From an uncultured Armatimonadia bacterium (GTDB lineage Bacteria; Armatimonadota; Zipacnadia; UBA1398): a DNA stretch of 64,000 bases. The DNA lies in assembly GCA_964598695.1 (NCBI GenBank), contig CAZRDB010000002.1, positions 30,857-94,856 on the forward strand, read 5' to 3'. The notes beneath the pieces are model-generated. The model searched no databases. It was not told the origin of the DNA and was given only the letters and a program-made list of their open reading frames with translations. The position numbers and the translations under genes were made by a program. This document shows, piece by piece, positions 1 through 7,392 of the stretch; within the stretch, counting starts at the first letter, position 1, and the number at the start of each line of letters is the position of its first letter.

Positions 1-3000
1 TTCAACGAGGACGCCCGATTCAAGTTCTCCGACTTCGGGACCGCCTGCCGCGACTACGGCTGGCTGATCGCCGACCGGCTCCGGCTCCGCAAGGACGACA
101 CGCTACTCGACTGCATCAACACGGGCACGACGCGCTCGTGGGCGACCTACCTCCCCGGGGGGCCCTGCCTGGAAGCGGAGTGCGCCACGCTCGCCGGCTA
201 CGCGGGCGCCAGCTTCGTCTCGACCGGCGATCTCCGCCGCGCGACCGACACCGTGGGCGACACCGTCGAGCGGATGGACCTTGCCAACCTCGAGCGCCAG
301 ATGCGGGTTCTGGCCGCGGCGGTTCCCAATCTGCTGTGCGAGAAGCTCCCGGACTCCGACATCGGCATGTTCGGCGCCGATCCGGAGGATGGCTTCGCAC
401 TGGTGCACGGCGGCGTCTTCGAGTTCGGCAAGTCGATCAGCTTCTTCCCACAGGACCCGGTCCCCGGGGCGATCGCCTGCTGGGGCCGCGTCGCCAAGAC
501 GAGCTGCGGCGTCCGGCGCCAGATCATGGATCGCGTGGATGACGAGGGCCATTACGAACTGGTCGGCCTGCCGCTTCGCACGCGCAACTGGGGCGCCAAC
601 ACCGAGCTGACCGCGTTCCAGGTCGACGAGCGCACCGGCGAGGTCGTCTACGCGCCCGACCTCGGGGCGCAGGGCGCCAAGCGCCTCAACTTCAACGACT
701 TCGGCATCGAGACCAACGATACAACGAAGGACGTCGTCGTCTTCCAGGCGCGGCAGGTGTCGATCATCGACACGATCGACCCCGGCAACCTCGGGATCCT
801 CTCCGACGTGCGCGTGCTCGACCGCGCGACGAAGGCTCCGCCGTTCAAGTGGGGGATGATCCGTCCCTCGTGGATGGACTCGCGTCTGCCCGGCGACCCC
901 GAGCCGGCCGTCGTGGTCTTCGGCCAGCCGGGCGCGAAGCTGCTCCTGCTGCTCAAGCCCGGCTTCGCCGCCCCGCGCACGTTGCTGCTCAACGCCACGC
1001 CCGACGACCCTCTCGGACTCGGGATCGATGTCGATGAGGAGCCGGTCGTCGCCAACCTCGCCTACCGGGGCGCGCGGGATGTCTGGACCCTCGACGAGGC
1101 GCGGATCGAGGGCTTCAAGCGGTTCGGGATTGGCGACCGCCGGGCTCAGCGGCTGCACGAGCTGGCGGCGGGGACGCTGCAGGAGGCCGAGCAGGCCAAG
1201 GCCGACGGGGTGATCTCGCGCTACGTCGCGCTGTCACGCCGCGCCCTGGCCGTCGAGAACCGGGTCTACCCGCTCGTGGAGAAGACCGCGCGCGACGTGG
1301 TCCACGGCGTGATCTTCTACCTCGCGCTGCTGCTGCCGTTCTCGTTCCTCACCGAACGGCTGTTGCTCGCGGGGCGAACGATCGGCAAGCAGGCGGTGGG
1401 GACCATCGGCGTCTTCGCCGTCGTCTTCACGCTGCTCGCCCTCGTCCACCCCGCGTTCCGGATCACGACGACGCCGCTGATCGTCCTGTTGGCGTTCGTC
1501 CTGATGGTCCTCGCGGCGCTGGTCGCGACGGTGATCTTCCGGCACTTCGACCAGCAGATGGCCGAGTGGCGCCACCAGAGCATCGGCCAACATGACGCCG
1601 ACGTCGCGCGGCTCTCCTCGGCCTCGGCCGCGTTCGCGCTCGGCGTGGGCAACATGCGCCGGCGCGTGACCCGCACGGGCCTCACCTGCATCACGCTCGT
1701 GCTGCTCACCTTCACCGTCATCTCGTTCACCTCGGTGCGGACGGAGCAGAAGGTCCGTCGCCTCGGGATGGACTACCCGGCCGCGCGTGAGGGGATCCTG
1801 ATCCGCCAGCCCACCTACGGCGGCTTCTCGGAGTACACCTACTCCGTCCTGCGCAACGAGGTGGGCGGCGACTTCCCGATCGTGCCGCGCTCCTGGACGC
1901 TCTCCGAGGGATCGGCGCTCAAGTCGGCGATCCCGATCCGCTACCGGGGCCGGTCGTACGAGGCCGGCGCGCTGTTGGGTCTGAGCCCCGACGAGGGCCA
2001 GGTGAGCGGGCTGCCCACGACGCTCGCGGGCGGCGGCAGCCGGTGGTTCACCGACGACCCCAAGGACCTGATGACCTGCATCCTGCCGACCACGATCGCC
2101 GAGAGCCTCGGGGTCGACGCCGGCGAGATCGGCACCGCAGAGGTCGAGGTGCGCGGCGTCGCGCTCCGCGTTGTCGGCTTCTACGAGGGCTCCGCGGCCG
2201 ACGATGTGCTCGACCTCGACGGCGAGATGATGACGCCGATCGACGAGGTCGAGCAGAACAACCTGCGGCGCCAGGGCCAGCTCGGCCCACCGACGGCGGC
2301 CGCACAGGACCAGGCCACCACGACCCGCACGACGCCGCACATCAGCGCGACGCAGGTCGTGCTCGTCCCGCACGCGATGAACCTGCGGCTCGGCGGGGCC
2401 CTGCGCAGCATCGCCGCGAACCCGGGCGGCAGCGAGGAGGCGCGGAAGGCGCAGGCCGACCTCGTCGAACGCCTCGACATCGGCGTCTTCGCCGGCTCGA
2501 GCGGCAGAGTGGAGTTCTGCAGCGCCGTGGGCGGCAAGAGCCTGCAGGGGCTCGAGGGCACCCTGATCCCGATCCTCATCGCGGCGCTGATCGTGCTCAA
2601 CACGATGCTCGGCTCGGTCTACGAGCGCGTGAAGGAGATCGGGATCTACTCGAGTCTCGGCCTCTCGCCCGCGCACGTCGGCTTCCTGTTCCTCGCCGAG
2701 GCCTCGGTCTACGCCGTGCTGGGCGCGATCGTCGGCTACCTGATCGGCCAGGGCGTCGCCTGGTCGTCGATGGCCTTCGGCTGGGGCGCCGCGCTCGTCG
2801 AACTCAACTACTCGAGCCTCGCCGCCGTCGGCACCACCGTGCTCGTGATGGCCGTCGTGTACCTCTCGACGCTCTACCCCGCGCGGAAGGCCGCCGACCT
2901 CGCCGTCGCCGGCGTCGAGCGCAAGTGGCGCCTGCCCGACCCCGAAGACGACGTGCTCACCGTCGACCTGCCGTTCACGATGCAGGAGGACGAGAGCCTC

Positions 3001-3408
3001 GGCCTCCTCGCCTACCTCGCGGAGTACCTCGACGCGCACGCCGACTACTCGGTGGGCGACTTCTCGACCGACGGCGCGACGCTCCACCGGCTGGAGCCGG
3101 GCCGGGCCGACCGCGCCCACTACCGGATCCGCTTCACCGCGTGGCTCTCCCCGTACGATCTCGGCGTCTCGGAGGAGTGCGAGGTGCTCATCGTCGAGAC
3201 CGAGGAGCCCGGGGTGCTCGGCGCACGGGCCCGGATCTACCGCGTCAGCGGCGACTCCGGCGCCTGGATCCGCTGCACCCGCTCGTTCCTGAACCTCCTG
3301 CGGAGGCAGTTCCTGCTGTGGCGGACCTTCGTGCCGAGCGAGAAGGTCCGCTATCACCAGACCGGACAGGAGGTGGCGCTCCGTGGCGAATCGCGCTCGA
3401 CTGGGTGA
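1..3408 (+). CDS. Giant FtsX-domain ABC-transporter-permease-like membrane protein (5' partial; two 4-TM FtsX-type bundles separated by large periplasmic domains, C-terminal cytoplasmic domain)
   Basis: Frame 1 is open from nt 1 to the listed M at 253 (FNEDARFKFSDFGTACRDYGWLIADRL...), so the gene starts upstream of the window. The C-terminal bundle carries an FtsX-like signature ...LIPILIAALIVLNTMLGSVYERVKEIGIYSSLGLSPAHVGFLFLAEAS..., preceded by a MacB-like periplasmic stretch. A second hydrophobic bundle lies around GVIFYLALLLPFSFL...VIFRHF. Codon usage shows strong GC3 bias. Confidence 0.6.
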   Translation, partial: FNEDARFKFSDFGTACRDYGWLIADRLRLRKDDTLLDCINTGTTRSWATYLPGGPCLEAECATLAGYAGASFVSTGDLRRATDTVGDTVERMDLANLERQMRVLAAAVPNLLCEKLPDSDIGMFGADPEDGFALVHGGVFEFGKSISFFPQDPVPGAIACWGRVAKTSCGVRRQIMDRVDDEGHYELVGLPLRTRNWGANTELTAFQVDERTGEVVYAPDLGAQGAKRLNFNDFGIETNDTTKDVVVFQARQVSIIDTIDPGNLGILSDVRVLDRATKAPPFKWGMIRPSWMDSRLPGDPEPAVVVFGQPGAKLLLLLKPGFAAPRTLLLNATPDDPLGLGIDVDEEPVVANLAYRGARDVWTLDEARIEGFKRFGIGDRRAQRLHELAAGTLQEAEQAKADGVISRYVALSRRALAVENRVYPLVEKTARDVVHGVIFYLALLLPFSFLTERLLLAGRTIGKQAVGTIGVFAVVFTLLALVHPAFRITTTPLIVLLAFVLMVLAALVATVIFRHFDQQMAEWRHQSIGQHDADVARLSSASAAFALGVGNMRRRVTRTGLTCITLVLLTFTVISFTSVRTEQKVRRLGMDYPAAREGILIRQPTYGGFSEYTYSVLRNEVGGDFPIVPRSWTLSEGSALKSAIPIRYRGRSYEAGALLGLSPDEGQVSGLPTTLAGGGSRWFTDDPKDLMTCILPTTIAESLGVDAGEIGTAEVEVRGVALRVVGFYEGSAADDVLDLDGEMMTPIDEVEQNNLRRQGQLGPPTAAAQDQATTTRTTPHISATQVVLVPHAMNLRLGGALRSIAANPGGSEEARKAQADLVERLDIGVFAGSSGRVEFCSAVGGKSLQGLEGTLIPILIAALIVLNTMLGSVYERVKEIGIYSSLGLSPAHVGFLFLAEASVYAVLGAIVGYLIGQGVAWSSMAFGWGAALVELNYSSLAAVGTTVLVMAVVYLSTLYPARKAADLAVAGVERKWRLPDPEDDVLTVDLPFTMQEDESLGLLAYLAEYLDAHADYSVGDFSTDGATLHRLEPGRADRAHYRIRFTAWLSPYDLGVSEECEVLIVETEEPGVLGARARIYRVSGDSGAWIRCTRSFLNLLRRQFLLWRTFVPSEKVRYHQTGQEVALRGESRSTG

Positions 3409-5344
3409 GGATCTCGAGGAGTACAGACGGTTACTCGAGGTCCCCACGGAGTTCGAGGACGGCTTCAACCTCCGAACGGTTCTCGGAGCGCTCTTCGTCG
3501 GCTTCGTGATGATGCCGGCCTCGATCTACCTCTCGCTCGTCGCCGGCGCCAACCTCGGCGGCGCCGCGCAGTGGACCACGCTGATCCTCTTCGCCGAGGT
3601 CGCCAAACGCACGTACACCGTCCTGCGCAAGCAGGAGGTCTTCATCCTGTTCTACATGGCCGGCGGACTCGCAGCCGCGGGTGGCGGACCGTTCGGCGGC
3701 ATGATCTGGAACCAGTACCTGCGCTACTCGCCCGCCTCCGTCGGCTTCGGGATCGCCGACGCGATCCCCACCTGGGTCGTGCCGCGGGCCGATTCGATGG
3801 CCCTCGCCGAGCGCACGTTCTTCCACCCCGATTGGCTGATCCCCATCGGGATCTCGCTGCTGCTCACCGTCTTCGGCAAGATGCAGTGGCTCGGCCTCGG
3901 CTACGGGATGTTCCGGCTGACCTCGGATGTCGAGCGCCTGCCCTTCCCGATGGCGCCGGTCTCCGCGCTCGGGACCATCGCGCTCGCGGAATCGACCGGC
4001 AAGGAGCAGACCTGGCGCTGGCGCGTGCTCTCCACCGGCGCGATGCTCGGCATGGCCTACGGCTTCTTCTGGGTGGGGATCCCCGCGCTCAGCTCGACGG
4101 TCGCGACGACGCCGTTCCGGCTGATCCCGATCCCCTGGATCGACCTCACGCCGAACACGCAGAAGATCCTGCCGGCCGCCGCGACGGGCCTCTCGACCGA
4201 CCTGACGAACGTGCTGGTCGGCATGGTGGTCCCGTTCTGGTCGGTGATCGGCCAGGCGATCGCCGCCGCGATCAGCCTGTTCGTGAACCCCCTGCTCTAC
4301 CGGCGCGGGGTGTTGACCACGTGGCACGAGGGCATGGACACCGTGATGACCTCGTTCTCGGCCGACGTGGACTTCTGGATCAGCTTCCGCGTCGGGCTCG
4401 GCCTCTCGGTCTTCCTCTTCGGTGTGGCGCAGATCGCGATCGCCTACGCCCGCGCCCGCAAGGTCGGCGAGCGGCACGAGTCGTGGCGGCCGCCCAAGGG
4501 CCGGGGCGATATCCCCATCCCCGTGATGGTCGCCTTCTACCTGATCGCGACGATCGGGACGATCTGGCTCTGCCACCGGCTCGTTCCCAGCTTCAGCATC
4601 TGGTATCTCATCCTCTTCGGCTTCGTGGTCACGCCGGCCGAGTCGTTCATCAGCGCCCAGGTGCGCGGCATGGTCGGCCAGTGGGTCGGGATCCCCATGC
4701 TCCGCGAGGGCACGTTCATCCTGAGCGGCTACAAGGGCGTTGACATCTGGTTCGCCCCCCTGCCGCTCTCCGACCAGGGCGGCACGGCCGAGTACTTCCG
4801 CACCGTCGAGCTGACCGGCACCAAGCTGTGGTCGATCATCAAGGCCGACCTGCTCGTGACGCCGATCGTGATCATCTGCGGCTTCATCTTCTGGCAGTTC
4901 GCCTGGAGGCTGGCGCCGATCCCCTCGTCCCAGTACCCCGACGCCGACGTCAACTGGCCCCTGCGCTCGCTGACCCAGTGCTTCTGGATGACCGCGACGC
5001 GCGAGGGCGATAGCCCGTTCCTCCGGGCCTTCAGCTGGCCGAAGGCCGCGATCGGCCTCGGCACCGGCCTCACCTCGCTCACCGGCATGGCGGTGCTGCA
5101 CCTGCCGGTCACGCTCGTCTACGGCTTCGTCTATGGCATCGGCGCGCTGCCACACGGGATCATCCCGACCCTGGCCGGCGCCCTTCTGTCGCGCTTCTAC
5201 TTCGAGCGGCGCTTCGGCCGCGAGCGCTGGCGCCCCTACGCCGTCGTGCTGCTCGCCGGCTACGGCTGCGGGCTCGGCCTGGTCGCCCTGGCGGCCTCGG
5301 CGCTCTCGATGGTCACGACCTCGGTCTCGAACCTGCCCTACTGA
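3383..5344 (+). CDS. Uncharacterised polytopic inner-membrane protein (~12-14 TM), paralog A
   Basis: GTG start at 3383 preceded by ggacaggagg at 9-nt spacing; overlaps the upstream gene by 26 nt. Long hydrophobic segments run throughout, with an amphipathic motif RLPFPMAPVSALGTIALAES. No catalytic motif was recognised. Confidence 0.55.
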   Translation: MANRARLGEDLEEYRRLLEVPTEFEDGFNLRTVLGALFVGFVMMPASIYLSLVAGANLGGAAQWTTLILFAEVAKRTYTVLRKQEVFILFYMAGGLAAAGGGPFGGMIWNQYLRYSPASVGFGIADAIPTWVVPRADSMALAERTFFHPDWLIPIGISLLLTVFGKMQWLGLGYGMFRLTSDVERLPFPMAPVSALGTIALAESTGKEQTWRWRVLSTGAMLGMAYGFFWVGIPALSSTVATTPFRLIPIPWIDLTPNTQKILPAAATGLSTDLTNVLVGMVVPFWSVIGQAIAAAISLFVNPLLYRRGVLTTWHEGMDTVMTSFSADVDFWISFRVGLGLSVFLFGVAQIAIAYARARKVGERHESWRPPKGRGDIPIPVMVAFYLIATIGTIWLCHRLVPSFSIWYLILFGFVVTPAESFISAQVRGMVGQWVGIPMLREGTFILSGYKGVDIWFAPLPLSDQGGTAEYFRTVELTGTKLWSIIKADLLVTPIVIICGFIFWQFAWRLAPIPSSQYPDADVNWPLRSLTQCFWMTATREGDSPFLRAFSWPKAAIGLGTGLTSLTGMAVLHLPVTLVYGFVYGIGALPHGIIPTLAGALLSRFYFERRFGRERWRPYAVVLLAGYGCGLGLVALAASALSMVTTSVSNLPY

Positions 5345-5365
5345 GGCGGAAGGCTCGGTACTCGG

Positions 5366-7357
5366 ATGGTGGAGGAGCACGGACAACTGGTGGAGGCTGG
5401 CGAGGCGTCGGCGATGCCGCGCGCGCGGCTGACGCTGCGCGCGCTTGTGCTCGGCCTGGCGCTCTCCATCTTCAACTGCTACTGGGTGGCGGTGATGGAG
5501 GTCCGGTGGTACGTCCTCGACGGGACGTGCCTACCGCTGTTCGTCACGCCGATCTTCGCACTGCTGCTGCTGGCGTTCGTCAACCGCGGCTTGAGCCGGA
5601 TCCTGCCGCGGCTCGCCCTCCGACCGGCCGAGCTGCTCGTCGTCTACGTGATGATGGTCGTCTCGTGCGCGATGTGCGGCCACGACACCATCGCCAATCT
5701 GATCGGCACCGTCGGTCACCTCACCCAGCACACCACGCACGAGAACCAGTGGGGCACGCTGTTCGGCGGCCTCTTCCCCGACTGGATGTGGGTCGACGAC
5801 AAGCGCGCCCTGCTGCGCTTCTACGAGGGCGGCAAGCGGATGCCGTTCTTCGACTTCTTCGCCCCCGGCGTGGTGATGCCGTGGATGCCGAGCCTCGGCA
5901 TCTGGCTCGGCTTCTTCGCGATCGCCTGCTTCACGATGCTCGCCCTAGCCGTCGTGCTCCGCCGGTCGTGGATCGAGCATGAGCGCCTGAGCTTCCCGAT
6001 CGTCCAGCTCCCGCTCGCGGTCACCCGGCCGGCGCTCGAGAACGTCCTCGGCAACCGCGCGTTCTGGATCGGCTTCGCCATCGCGGCGTTCATCAGCCTC
6101 ATCAACGGCCTCTCGGTGCTCAACCCGCAGTGGCCCAAGTTCACGCGCGTGAAGCTCACGTACCTCAACACCTTCTTCACGACCCCGCCCTTCAACGCCG
6201 TCGACGCCCGGCTCGGGGCCTACCCGTTCGGGGTCGGGCTCGCCTACTTCCTGCCCACCGATCTGAGCTTCTCGTGCTGGTTCTTCTTCGTCGCTCGCAT
6301 GTTCCAGCAGGTCTGGCGCGCCAGCAGCGGGTGGATCAAGGCCGACTACTTCGGCGAGCAGTCGATGGGCGCGTGGCTCGTGATGGTCGCTCTCCTGCTG
6401 TGGGCGGGGCGCAAGCAGCTCCGCGGCCTCTCGCGGCGTGCCCTGGAGCAGGAGGCGATCCGAGAACCCCGCGAAGCGCTCCGACGCCGGCTCGCGATGG
6501 GCGTCGTCATCGCCGGCACCGCGCTGATGATCGGCTACGCCCACTTCGCCGGGCTCCGGTTGTCGTTCTCGATCCTGTTCTTCGTGCTCTACTTCGGCCT
6601 CGCCATCGCGATCACGCGCGTCCGGGCCGAGATGGGAGCGCCGCACGAGATCTACTTCGTCCAGCCGCGCGACCTGATCGTCACCCTCTTCGGCACGAGC
6701 TTCTTCACCAACGGGATGGGGCCGTTCCGCGGCGGCCACCAGAAGGACCTCGCGATCATGTGCTCCTTCTTCTGGCTCACCCGCGGCAACCGCAACCACC
6801 CGATGCCCAATTACCTCGAGGCGTTCAAGATCGCCCAGTCGGTCAACCTCCCCGTGGGCTCGATGACCTTCGTGCTGGTCCTCGGCACGATCGTCTCGAT
6901 CCTCGCCGCCACCTCGGCCAACCTGCACATCCCGTACCTCTACGGCGGCGTCTCGAAGATGAAGGGCTTCAAGACCTGGGTGGGCGCCGAGACCTTCCAG
7001 CGCCTCCAGGACTGGCTCGTCAACCCCCGCGCGCCGGACTCCGGCGGCCTCAAGGCCCTGCTGTTCGGCGGCGTCGTCGCGAGCCTGCTCTCGATGCTGC
7101 GCACCCGCTTCGTCGGCTTCCCGTTCCACCCCGCCGGCTACGCGCTCGCCACGAGCTTCGCGCTCGACTACTTCTGGTTCAGCTTCCTGGTCGGGTGGCT
7201 CGCCAAGGCCAGCATCCTCCGCTGGGGCGGGCAGAAGACCCACCGTGGCGCCGCGCCGTTCTTCCTCGGCCTGGTCGCCGGCGACTACTTCCTGGGTGCG
7301 TTCTGGTCCCTGTACGGGATGTTCAAGGACGTCCAGGTGTACCAGATGTACATCTAG
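5366..7357 (+). CDS. Uncharacterised polytopic inner-membrane protein, paralog B of 3383..5344
   Basis: Same length class (663 vs 653 aa) and the same architecture as paralog A, with a related motif RLSFPIVQLPLAVTRPALE. ATG at 5366 lies 22 nt after the previous stop; an alternative in-frame ATG at 5414 (MPRARLTL...) is possible. Confidence 0.55.
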   Translation: MVEEHGQLVEAGEASAMPRARLTLRALVLGLALSIFNCYWVAVMEVRWYVLDGTCLPLFVTPIFALLLLAFVNRGLSRILPRLALRPAELLVVYVMMVVSCAMCGHDTIANLIGTVGHLTQHTTHENQWGTLFGGLFPDWMWVDDKRALLRFYEGGKRMPFFDFFAPGVVMPWMPSLGIWLGFFAIACFTMLALAVVLRRSWIEHERLSFPIVQLPLAVTRPALENVLGNRAFWIGFAIAAFISLINGLSVLNPQWPKFTRVKLTYLNTFFTTPPFNAVDARLGAYPFGVGLAYFLPTDLSFSCWFFFVARMFQQVWRASSGWIKADYFGEQSMGAWLVMVALLLWAGRKQLRGLSRRALEQEAIREPREALRRRLAMGVVIAGTALMIGYAHFAGLRLSFSILFFVLYFGLAIAITRVRAEMGAPHEIYFVQPRDLIVTLFGTSFFTNGMGPFRGGHQKDLAIMCSFFWLTRGNRNHPMPNYLEAFKIAQSVNLPVGSMTFVLVLGTIVSILAATSANLHIPYLYGGVSKMKGFKTWVGAETFQRLQDWLVNPRAPDSGGLKALLFGGVVASLLSMLRTRFVGFPFHPAGYALATSFALDYFWFSFLVGWLAKASILRWGGQKTHRGAAPFFLGLVAGDYFLGAFWSLYGMFKDVQVYQMYI

Positions 7358-7392
7358 CGCCCGTCCGACCGGCGCCCCAAGGAGGTCACCCC

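Noticed and set aside
1234-3468. Large antisense or alternate-frame ORFs (for example 1234..3468 -, 5945..7816 -, 3431..5386 -, 20425..22335 -, 22415..24160 -, 47131..50919 -, 7567..9987 -)
   Set aside because: All are Arg/Gly/Pro/Asp-rich with no hydrophobic cores or motifs. They lie opposite, or out of frame with, well-supported genes that have motif evidence and GC3 bias. Long open frames are expected by chance at roughly 70% GC.
6130-7392. The 421-codon upstream part of ORF 6130..10197
   Set aside because: It overlaps gene 5366..7357 in a different frame and translates to Arg/Pro-rich nonsense typical of high-GC alternate frames. The real gene starts at the signal-peptide ATG at 7393 with a ggagg RBS.
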